The notes beneath the pieces are model-generated. The model worked only from the letters and a program-made list of their open reading frames with translations. It made no database searches and was not told the origin of the DNA. A stretch of 64,000 nucleotides of DNA from Octopus vulgaris (taxonomy: Eukaryota). The stretch is from positions 36,518,001 to 36,582,000 of the forward strand of contig OX597814.1 in the NCBI GenBank assembly GCA_951406725.2, written 5' to 3'. This document shows, one piece after another, positions 28,037 to 39,362 of this stretch. Numbering within the stretch: position 1 is the first letter of the stretch; each line of letters opens with the position of its first letter. The position numbers were made by a program, and so were the translations under genes.

Positions 28037-28457
28037 TCATCATCATCATTTAGCATCCATTTTCCATGCTAGCATGGGTTGGACAGTTCAACTGGGGTCT
28101 GTGAAGCCAGAAGGCTGCATCAGGCCCAGTCTGATCTGGCAGTGTTTCTACGGCTGGATGCCCTTCCTAACGCCAACCACTCCGCGAGTGCAGTGGGTGC
28201 TTTTTACGTGCCACCTGCACAGGTGCCAGACGGAGCTGGCAAACGGCTACGAACAGATGGTGCTTTTACGTGCCACCGGCACGGGGGCCAGTGGAGGCTG
28301 GCAACGGACACGAACGGATGGTGCTTTTATGTGCCACCAGCACGGAGGCCAGTCCGGGCGGCGCTGGCAACGGCCACAATTGGATGGTTTGCTTAACCAC
28401 AGGTGCAATTTCCATTGATGTTCCAAGAAGGAAAGGTATGTAGGCCACAGGTCATGT

Positions 28458-28460
<3 letters not shown>
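28037..28460 (-). mobile_element. RTE-type 3' UTR copy with sub-repeats
   Basis: Same family as 7367-7757. Confidence 0.8.
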
Positions 28461-28519
<59 letters not shown>

Positions 28520-28521
28520 GT

Positions 28522-28918
28522 ATTATCTTTTATCTTTTACCGTTTCCAGTCATCAGGATGTGGCCATGCTGGGGCACTGCCTTGAAGAATTTTAGTTGAA
28601 TGGATTGGCCTCTATACCTATATTTTAAAGCCTTGTACTTACTGTATCAGTCCCTTTTTTGCCATACTGCTAAATTATGGGGATGTAAACACACTTATAC
28701 CAGTGGTCGAGCAGTGGTGGGAGACAAACACAAACACAAAGTGACACACTCATAGATATGTATACATATGCCAGGCTTGTTTCAGTTTCCATTCACTAAA
28801 TCCATTCACAAGGCTTTGGTCAGCGCCATGTTACAGTAGAAGACACTTACCTCAGGTGCCACACACTGAGACTGAAACCAGTGAAGTAAGCTTCTTACCA
28901 CACGTCTTTGGCTGTGCC
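28522..28918 (-). mobile_element. Degenerate SINE family A
   Basis: Reverse complement similarity to 4950-5345. Confidence 0.75.
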
Positions 28919-28933
28919 TATACACACACACAC

Positions 28934-28984
<51 letters not shown>

Positions 28985-29002
28985 ATATATATACGTGCCA
29001 CC

Positions 29003-29040
<38 letters not shown>

Positions 29041-29268
29041 ATATATATATTCTATATATATATATATATAGAATATATATATATATATTCTATTTATTCA
29101 TTTATTTATTTTCTCACTGATTCTTCTCATGGCCTTTTGACCACTCCCCTAAGAACAATAGCTTGTGCCCTGTTTATCTCCTAAATACCAACCTACCCAA
29201 AAACCTCCCCCACCACACCCCATTAAATCTGCCTAAATGTATAAATACCAGATCTTATTTTGACAGCC

Positions 29269-29319
29269 AGCTTCCTGAAGATTTCATCTGAATGAAACAG
29301 TTCTAGTCCTGTAGAAGCT
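29269..29319 (+). ncRNA. Type I hammerhead ribozyme motif in a (TA)n-embedded element (about 29090-29335)
   Basis: agcttc-CTGAAGA-tttcatctgaat-GAAACAG-ttctagtc-CTGTA-gaagct: 6-bp stem I, 4-bp stem III, GUA triplet; stem II weak. Confidence 0.75.
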
Positions 29320-29335
29320 CCTTCTATAATATAAA

Positions 29336-29389
<54 letters not shown>

Positions 29390-29744
29390 ATTGTTTGCTT
29401 TTACGTCAAGTTATAAAAGAAAACGATTTAACATTAAACTCAAGGTTGACGCAATATTTTTTTGTTGTGGGTATTTATTATGCATTTATAAGAAGGGTGG
29501 TGACAGCGACTTCAAAGTTACAGTCTGCAAACGTCTCTCAGACAGATCAAGGAAGGCAAGCACACTGACTTCAAAGTTACAGTCACCATTATTCTTATAA
29601 ATGTATAATGCACTTACATATGTCTACACACTCACAGACACATATATACACATTCATATATTTATATATATATGTGTGTGTGTATATATATATATGTATA
29701 TATATGTATATGTATATATACATATGTATATGTATATATGTATA

Positions 29745-29793
<49 letters not shown>

Positions 29794-29900
29794 TGTGTGT
29801 GAGTGTGTCTGTGTGTGCATGTATACACATATATAGATGGATAAATTGATAGTTTATATATATGTATATATGTTTGTATCTATATGTGCTTGTACATGTT

Positions 29901-29977
<77 letters not shown>

Positions 29978-30317
29978 ATATATACACATATATATGTTAT
30001 ATATATACACACTCTCTGACACACGCACAAACACACATTGGTTGAATTTATTATATGTTTATGTTGGTTTGAATTTCCATATCATGTCAAAAGAGAGAAA
30101 GGGAGAGGGAGAGAGAGGGAGAGAGAGGGAGAGAGATAGGAGGGAGGAAGAAATGGGAGAGAGAAAGACTGAAATGGCTAGTGCTCTCCTCTTTGACTAT
30201 CTGTCTTGATCTCTTTCTACACCAGAATACAACAATATCAGCACCAACAACAAAAGCCATGCTTAGATCAAAATGAAATGTTAAAAAGAAGGAAGCACAT
30301 ATATATACATGCCTATA

Positions 30318-30373
<56 letters not shown>

Positions 30374-30420
30374 TATGCATATATGTATACAGAAATATCA
30401 TACATACACACCCGTATGTA

Positions 30421-30517
<97 letters not shown>

Positions 30518-30519
30518 CA

Positions 30520-30593
<74 letters not shown>

Positions 30594-31366
30594 TATGCAT
30601 ATGTGTCTACAGAAATATCATACATATATACATACACACACACATATATATATAGTGTTTGTGAGTATCTGTGTCTGCGTTTTTGTATGTATATATAATA
30701 AAATGAAGAATATAAAGTATAATACTAAATATTTATTTTCTCTCCCCAAAATGCTTCTAATCTTCTGTCAACCACATGCAGTTTTATCTTTCAAACTGGC
30801 ATTTAATCAATTTGAAGCTTTCTTTCACTTGTTTGAAGTTTAGCATCTCCTTATATTTTATTTGCATCATCTTTCTTGTTTTCTTCTTAAATTATTATTT
30901 TTTTTTTTAGCAGATGGTCTTGTTGTTTTTATTGCTGCAAATACTGCTGTTGCTGACAATAATGATGATGATGATGATGATGATGGTGTGCTCAGTGTTT
31001 TGTTTTCTGCTTTTATTTTTGTTGTATTTTTGTTTGTCCATTCATTTACTTCATGACTGCTTGCATCAATGACTGCCACATATATGTATTTTTAAGTTGT
31101 AAAAAGTATAAAGTGATGCTAATGGTACTAATAGTAAATATTGAAACTAATGCTTCGCACATTTCCCTTCTTTGCTTCTAAAACAGTTTCGCACAACGTC
31201 TATTTTTCCCCAACAGAAATGCAAGCAAGTATAACATAAACAAAATTTTAAAAAAGCATTGACCAATTTACTATACGACATGAAAGTTTATGCATACATA
31301 CATACATACACACATATATACATACCAACATGCATACATACATATGCACACACACACACACATATA

Positions 31367-31763
31367 TCTTTATATATAAAAGTCAAGTTGTGTGTCTGTC
31401 TCCTACGATTTAGATTCCTAACTACTCCCACATTTTGCGGTGCAGTTTAACCAAAACTGGGTATCTTATAGTCGTGATTCATATTGAGCCCTTCTGGGTA
31501 TTTGCGCGTGTCTACGATGAGTCTACGATTTAAAAAAAAAATTACCATCATTTTTTTCCATTTTAATGCATTTTTTCGCTATTATATAAGGGAAGTAACT
31601 CTCTAAAAATGTCTACGATGAGTCAACGATTAAAAAAAAAATTACCATACTTTTTTTTCCATTTTTAATGCATTTTTTTGCTATTTTTTGGCTATAACTC
31701 TCTAAAAATGCTTATATAGTTATTTCCCTTACAAACCTGAGCAACGCCGGGCGATACTGCTAG
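31367..31763 (+). mobile_element. Non-autonomous Helitron, copy 2
   Basis: A|TC start, subterminal hairpin cctgagcaacgccggg, CTAG|T end. Confidence 0.85.
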
Positions 31764-31779
31764 TTATATATATATATAC

Positions 31780-32175
31780 ATCAACACCAACATCAAAATA
31801 AAAATCAAATGGAAATTGTAGTTAAGATGCCCGTGCTGGTGGCACGTAAAAAGCACCACCTGAATGTGGCTGATGCCAGCGTCGCCTGACTGGCATCCGT
31901 GTTGGTGACATGTAAAATGCACCGACCAATCGTTGCTGTTTGCCAGCCTCCTCTGGACCCTGTGCTGGTGGCATGTAAAAAGCACCCACTACACTCATGA
32001 AGTGGTTGGCGTTAGGAAGGGCGTCCAGCTGTAGAAACACTGCCAGATCAGACTGGAGCCTGGTGCAACCTTCTGGCTTCCCAGACCCCGGTCAAACCTT
32101 CCAACCCATGCTAGCATGGAAAACGGACGTTAAACGATGATGAGGATAATGATGAGGATGATGATGATGATGATA
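31780..32175 (+). mobile_element. RTE-type 3' UTR copy with (ATG)n tail
   Basis: Same family as 13630-13940. Confidence 0.8.
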
Positions 32176-32264
32176 TACTAAACACATACACACACACATT
32201 CATACACATATATATATGTATATGTATATAAACACATATAAATATATACATATATCAATATGAT

Positions 32265-32425
32265 AGCCTTCTTTGAGTTTTCATCAACCAAATCCACTCA
32301 CAAGGCTTTGGTCAGCCCAAGGCTATGGCTATAGTAGAAGACACTTGCCCAATGCACTACACAGTGGGATTGAACCCTGAACCATATGGTTGGGAAGCAA
32401 GCTTCTTATCACACAACCATGCCTG

Positions 32426-32430
<5 letters not shown>
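32265..32430 (-). mobile_element. SINE family A 5' part
   Basis: aaatccactcacaaggctttgg...cacaaccatgcctgtgcc. Confidence 0.75.
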
Positions 32431-32466
<36 letters not shown>

Positions 32467-32469
<3 letters not shown>

Positions 32470-32745
32470 AAAGCAATTAAGATTCAAGTCAGTTTCAATG
32501 AATTCACTTGAATGCGGTACTTAACTTAGATGCACCAGAAAACTATATGGTGTTAACCATACAATAATGTGGGGTGATTATAAACGAGAAAGAAGCAACA
32601 AGAATGGATTAGTTTTTAGTACAATTGTTTCATACAAAGACAGGCTTTATTAAATATTTGCAATATTTGCAACTTTTAATAAAGCCTGTCTTTGTATGAA
32701 ACAATTGTACTAAAAACTAATCCATTCTTGTTGCTTCTTTCTCGT
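32467..32745. mobile_element. (TA)n-embedded PLE-like terminus with perfect 71-bp inverted arms and hammerhead 3' halves
   Basis: 32584-32654 is the reverse complement of 32675-32745; each arm carries GAAAC-AATT-GT-A (32698-32709 on +). Confidence 0.75.
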
Positions 32746-33354
32746 ATATATATATATATATATATATATACTCACACACACACATATGCATATATACATA
32801 TCTATACATGCACATTCCTTTCCCAATTTCAATCATAAAAGTTTGCCCATTCTGGGTGAATACTTTCAAAAGTTTTAAACAATCATATCTACCCCTGTAC
32901 ATATTTCTGTCTGACAATAGCTTCGTGGACCTCTTCCTTGTATTAACTCGCTACGTTATCTTTTATCATAAATGATAGTGATTTGGTAATCTAATTTACA
33001 CTCATATACATAGATGCACAAACTGATGCAGTCAGATGCTAAAATCACCCTCACCTTGTTAAATAACAGAATGATACATTTCATTTTGTAGTGTTGTATA
33101 CCCTTGGGAAAAAGGGTCTGTTTATGACCAGAATGACTTTTATCATTGATTGTTGTTGATCTGGGATCCCCAATGTCATGAGTAGCAATAGCAATCTAGC
33201 AAACCAAGGCCTTTCCATGTGGTAGAAATCAGAGACAAAGCTTCTTCAAATCATACACTACAATGTGAAAAATCGGAAGAATACAGTAGGTAATGTAATC
33301 ATTTACACACACATGCACACACACATGTATGTATTTGTGTGTGTGTGGTATATA

Positions 33355-33385
<31 letters not shown>

Positions 33386-33434
33386 TTATATATGTATATA
33401 TATATATGTGTGTGTGAGTGTGTATATATATATA

Positions 33435-33478
<44 letters not shown>

Positions 33479-33536
33479 TATACATACACATACATATATA
33501 TCTATTTTAATATTTATTTATCCTTCTATCTATCTA

Positions 33537-33586
<50 letters not shown>

Positions 33587-34044
33587 TTTGGATAGAGACA
33601 AATATAGATATACATACATATATGTATAGACATATATATGTGTGTTTGTATGCATATATTTATGCTATGTCTGGGAAAGGATGTGATGAAAATCTTTGAT
33701 CATAGGTCTGAGTTGGATCTGGGTTGATCTGGAGTTAAGCAAAAATGAAAAACAGTAGTAACATAACAAACCTAACAAAAAAAAAAAAATGTTTAATTTT
33801 ATCATGTTTGCTTGCTGAATTGTTTGGGAGCTCATCTGTAGTATCTCAAACACTTCAGAAGTGAGGAACTGCAATTTTTGCTTTTATCGGTGATTGCTAA
33901 GCAAGTTAAAGAATCTTTTTTTCTTTATTCTATTTCTTTTGAAATTTTTCTGTGGTACCTTGTTCTCTCTAGATACCTGTTAGGTGAACTACAGGTTACA
34001 CAAAAGATGAAATCATTAACACATATCCGTATGCACACACACAT

Positions 34045-34083
<39 letters not shown>

Positions 34084-34487
34084 CACACACAAAATGTAAA
34101 TACAATAATGGAAATATATTCAAATACATAGTTACATAGTAACAATATTTATTTTGGTGAATCAATGTTAAAATAGTTAGTAGTGCAAAATGCATTGCAA
34201 CTACTGTGTAGAGAAAACAAATATTTTTGATTTCATTCGCTAACATTTTGCTTAATTTTAGATCAAATATTTCTTCTGAATATGTAACTGAAGTGGAAGC
34301 AGAGGTGAACACTAAAATTTCTCTTACTTAATTTCCTTGTTGTACTTTTTGTTAAAAATAAAAGTAAGAAAGAATGTTTCCCTTGCAACCGTCACACTGC
34401 AATAAACGGTAAAGGGAAATTATGTTGCTAACAAATGAGAAATAACCAGCAAGAAGAAAGATGCTTTACAAAGAAAAACGTATAGAT

Positions 34488-34800
34488 GTAGGCATGGCTA
34501 TGTGGTAAGAAGCTTACTTCTCAACTGCTTGGGCAAGTGTCTTCTACTGTAGCCCTGAGCTAACTAAAACCTTGTGAATGGATTTGGTAGAGGGAAGCTG
34601 AGAGGTGGAAATTGAAAGAAGAAATTAAAAACTGGTACTGATGTGTTTACATCCCCATAACTTATCGGTTTGGCAAAAGAGACTGGTTGAATAAGTACCA
34701 GGTTTTAAAAAAATAAGCACTGGGGTTGATGTATTCAACTAAAAATTCTTCAATGGGGTGCCCCAGCATGGCCACAGTCCAATTAGAAGATAAAAGAGGA
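34488..34800 (+). mobile_element. Degenerate SINE family A
   Basis: ggcatggctatgtggtaag...ggtgccccagcatggccacag. Confidence 0.75.
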
Positions 34801-34882
34801 TGAAATTTTGGCCTCACACATACACCTCCACAGCATAGTTGCTTGATTTGCTTAAAATAGCAGATAAATAATACTCTTATTA

Positions 34883-35070
34883 CTGTATTTTAACGTGTAT
34901 GAGGAACTGTCCTGTAAAAGGAAGCCCCTAATTTTTTGGGCTTAAAGTTTGGAAAGAAGGTTTTGTAAGGGATTATAATACTGTCCATGTATAAGAAACT
35001 CCCATCTTTTTTTAACCTAATTTTTGACAAAAAAAAAAAATAAAGGTTCCTTATACATGTTAAAATACAG
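34883..35070. mobile_element. Tc1/mariner-pogo type MITE
   Basis: ~25-bp TIRs CTGTATTTTAACGTGTATGAGGAAC and GTTCCTTATACATGTTAAAATACAG flanked by TA. Confidence 0.8.
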
Positions 35071-35671
35071 TACATTACATTGTCTTAAAATGAAGGGTAC
35101 AATGTAATATGTAAGGCCTAGATGTTCAAAAATGTGAGAGAAGGTGGTCAGAACTAGAATGTACTTGTTTAAAATTCTTCTCTATCAGGGCTGATGTAAG
35201 ATAGATCTGAATAGCAACAAGAACAGAAATAAGAACAACAAAATAGCAACAACATAACATGACGAAATAACAACAGCCACTTGCATAACAGACATTGACA
35301 AATAACAAACCAAATACAGTAAGACACTCTCCGGATTTCCAAGAAATGTGCAGCTGACATCATTGACACATTGACATGTACAATGTGTGGAAGCAATGGA
35401 AGTTGAAACACTTATATATCAGGTTATGGTGCTGGTCGTGGTGGATGTGGGGATGAATAAAGTAACAATAATTTTGAAGATGATAATGGTGAAGATGATG
35501 ATGATGTTGATGATGATGGGTAGGATGATGATGATGTTGATGATGATGGGTAGGATGATTATGATGATGATGATGGTGGTGATAGTGATACCAACAGTGT
35601 CAACAATAGCAATGTAAATAATTTCTTGCCACTACTATCATCACCATACTACCACTGTTGCTGTCACTGCT

Positions 35672-35804
<133 letters not shown>

Positions 35805-36542
35805 TCGCGTTCACTGACATTACCCTGCTCTTAACTACACTGGTGACAGAAATATCTTCGTTTGTTACTTGCAATAGTTTCGGTTGATAGAGAGGCATGA
35901 TCAAAATAACTGGGCATCAGGAGCCTCTACACGTTCACTCGATCTGTTAGAAACAGTAGCTAATCTTTAAATATAACATGCCTAACTTTAAAAAAAAATA
36001 TGACATATATAAAATTAATCTGGGTAGACGAGGAACTTATTCTTGGGTATTACACTTAATCCGTCATCTGGTGCAAGATGGTAACTTGGGTTACTTTAGT
36101 GGAGTCCATTATTTTCCAAGCCTTCATGAGAAGTCTTCTGTTTGATGATATTTTCCTCTAACCTATCAGTTTCTGAGGTCCTGTAAAGAGCACTGCCTTC
36201 CCATCCTAGTTTAAAAACTCATTTGGAAACCTCTACATAGCTGCTTGACTGCCTGAAACAGCAATGTCTTGCTGATATCCCTCTCTGCAGTGTTAATAAA
36301 TGGTGAGAGAAACTGGACGGTATAGTGTTATGCACAGTAAAGAAAAAGATAGGATTGTTATCGAAATACTTTTGACCATAAATCTGTTCAATCAATGATG
36401 ATGATGATGATTACAACATCAACATAAGTGATAATAATTTCTTGTCACTATCACTGCCACCTTCACCATACCGTCGACGCACCATTTACTGAACTCATTT
36501 GCTAGGCACGACAAGAGTCATAGTATGGCTTATCGTGCAACA

Positions 36543-36931
36543 GTGGAGGCGCAATGGACCAGTGGTTAGGGCAGCGGACTCGCGGTCATAGGATCGCGGT
36601 TTCGATTCCCAGACCGGGCGTTGTGAGTGTTTATTGATCGAAAACACCTAAAAAGAGCTCCACGGGGCTCCGGCAGGGGATGGTGGTGATCCCTGCTGTA
36701 CTCTTTCACCACAACTTTCTCTCACTCTTACCTCCTGTTTCTGTTGTACCTGTATTTCAAGGGGCCGGCCTTGTCACTCTCTGTGTCACGCTGAATATCC
36801 CCGAGAACTACGTTAAGGGTGCACGTGTCTGTGGAGTGCTCAGCCACTTACACGTTAATTTCACGAGCAGGCTGTTCCGTTGATTCGGATCAACCGGAAC
36901 CCTCATCGTCGTAACCGACGGAGTGCTTCCA
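36543..36931 (+). mobile_element. Young tRNA-headed SINE family C with 12-bp TSD
   Basis: TSD tatcgtgcaaca at 36531-36542 and 36932-36943; A box tggaccagtgg, B box ggtttcgattcc. Confidence 0.92.
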
Positions 36932-37109
36932 TATCGTGCAACAAAAGGAATGACAGAACGCTTTTTTTGCCAAATTAAATACCATTTAAAGCATACGGCA
37001 CACAGAGAAGTTGGAATATCTACCTACTGTACTACTAAGTGTCAGAACATCTTTAAAGAAGGATCTAGGTTTTATTCCTGCAGAGTTGTTTTACGGTACG
37101 TCATTAACT

Positions 37110-37314
37110 CGCCGGGCGAAATGCTCAGCGGTATTTCGTCTGCCGTTACGTTCTGAGTTCAAATTCCGCCGAGGTCGACTTTGCCTTTCATCCTTCCGGG
37201 GTCGATAAATTAAGTACCAGTTACTCACTGGGGTCGATATAATCGACTTAATACCTATGTCTGTCCTTGTTTGTCCTCTCTGTGTTTAGCCCCTTGTAGG
37301 TAGTAAAGAAATAT
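37110..37314 (+). mobile_element. 5'-truncated SINE family B with 14-bp TSD
   Basis: TSD gtacgtcattaact at 37096-37109 and 37315-37328; B box gagttcaaattcc. Confidence 0.92.
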
Positions 37315-38081
37315 GTACGTCATTAACTGTTTTTGAACAGATGGTAGTTGAAGATTGCAATACGTACTACGACTTGTTCAATTATGCGCAATGTCTGCAG
37401 CTGTATACGTTCGATTTAACGAAATTATTGCTTAGATAGAAAGCAGTTCAAACTTACGGTCTAACTGACATCAATGCCTCGTCTCCTGTTTTATCCTTTA
37501 TGATATTGTGGAAAAGCCCTTACATAATCACATACCGGATCAAATCGTGCTTAGTTGGCACACTTTGACTATTTCGTTATTGAAGCTCATGGTTAAAGAA
37601 AGAATTAGAAAATAAAATAAAACAAAAAAGTCTTTACGTTGCAATAAAAGGTAACATAACACCTTCTTTAATATAACTCGGCTAATCAGATCAGCTGGTG
37701 TGAGAACAAGTGAACTGGAATCATTTCCCCTAAATAGCCTAATTGTAAATTCTCTAAACTCCGTTGGACGTTACAAAAAGATGGAACTTTGAACCCATGG
37801 ACAGAACGACCTGAGATGCTACTCGAAACTAAGTCAGTCAGCATTGTGATATGGGGTACTCATTTTCCCCACTTGGTTTGTTCTTAATAATCGTCAACTG
37901 TCTTCGTATCAATTTTGACTACATTTCATAGTAAAAAATGTACTTACTCTTCTCGATGTCTCTTGATATTTTATGTATATGTTTAAAATCAACTGTTCCA
38001 AGTTAATAAAACGACTGAGAACTAATGCCAATAATTTAGTGGGCATTATGAACGTAACACGCAGTTATGTTCCTGGGTATG

Positions 38082-38555
38082 ATTTTAAATTGCATCCGAT
38101 AGTGGGGCGCTGGTTCGAGAATTCCAGAGCTTTGAAGAGTATGGAAGTACCTCTTAGCCATAGTTGTTCCCAGGTCTACTCTGACCCGGAGTAGTAACAT
38201 CCGTTAGGGTCCCCGCTATGGGTTAATTAGCATGTTAGAGCTTGCCTATCTACGCATACGAAAACTGGATCCGGCAGATTCTGCTGAGGAAACTTTCATG
38301 CTTGAAGAGAGGGAAGCTCAGCTGCATTGTGAGGTGCAGCGAGTAAGGTGAGGCAAACATAAGGCATTTTGGTCCTTCGCGGCATCTTTCTTCATCTCCA
38401 TTTGTCTTGACCTGGTCTTGCCAGTGGACTGAAAATGGTCGCGAACTAGAGAGTGAAGTTGTCGGTGTGCAAGTCTTCTTCACTTTAAACGAAGTCACCA
38501 CGCAAGTCACCAGACATCCTTAATGTTGTCTAGATGGCCCTCGTCGCTCCGATGG
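38082..38555 (+). repeat. ~470-bp dispersed repeat, copy 1 (possible LINE 5' UTR)
   Basis: Collinear diverged similarity to the reverse complement of 44725-45197 (gacccggagtagta, ttaattagcatg, aagtcacc(a/g)cgca). Confidence 0.7.
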
Positions 38556-38732
38556 ACGAAAATGCAACATGCAGACCTCAAACGTAGCTGTTTTCAGTAA
38601 CTGTTTAACAACCCAAACATCACATTAAATATTCGGCACTCTCCCTTTCAATTATAACCCGGCTTAATTATATTTATTTTCACTGAAGTGGGGTCGGTAA
38701 AAAGAAACAAAGAAACTAATAATCTAGAAGAT

Positions 38733-39120
38733 GGATGTGTGGTAATAAGCCTACTTCCCAACCACATGGTTCCGGGTTCAGTTTCACTGTGTGATACCTT
38801 GGGCAGGTGTCCTTTACTATAGCTTCGAACCGACCAAAGCTTTGTGAGCGGATTTGGTAGACAGAAAATGGAAAAAGCCCATCATATATATGTATATACG
38901 TATGTGTGTCTGTGTGTCTGTGTGTCTGCCCTCCCCCACTTGACAACCGGTGTTGGTATGTTCATTTCCCCGTAGGCTAGCGGTTCGGTCAAAGAGACCG
39001 ATAGAATAAGTAGTAGGTTTGAAAACATAAACCTTGGGGTCGATTTGTTCGACTAACACCCATGAAGGCGGTACTCAGCATGGCCGCAGTCAAATGACAG
39101 AAACAGGTAAAAGATAAAAG
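38733..39120 (+). mobile_element. SINE family A
   Basis: Similar to 4950-5345 over its length. Confidence 0.85.
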
Positions 39121-39129
39121 ATAATATTG

Positions 39130-39362
39130 GCATATTGGCAGATGTCTTTAAAATGAAGCTGGATCTCTTCCTGTCGGGTGTCCCAGATGAACCAACTTCA
39201 CGGCAGGAGGTGCAGATGAGGGCAGCTGCATCGAACTCTCTCATGCACCAAATGGCAGTTGCTAAAAAGCTTTCATGAAGTAAAACCATGTAGCAACACC
39301 AAATGGCGGTGCCCCAGCATGGCCACAGCTCATGAGCTGAAACTAGAATCAATCAATCAATC
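39130..39362 (+). mobile_element. 3' end of a CR1/L2-group LINE
   Basis: Encodes VFKMKLDLFLSGVPDEPT..RAAASNSL, then ggcggtgccccagcatggccacag and an (AATC)n tail. Confidence 0.7.

Larger units (their letters stand above)
36484..37600 (+). pseudogene. Gypsy/Ty3 integrase relic interrupted by two SINEs
   Basis: After removing SINEs and allowing frameshifts: LGTTRV..MAYRATKGMTERFFCQIK..EYLPTVLLSVRTSLKKDLGFIPAELFYGTSL and a downstream degenerate GPY/F-like segment. Confidence 0.75.
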
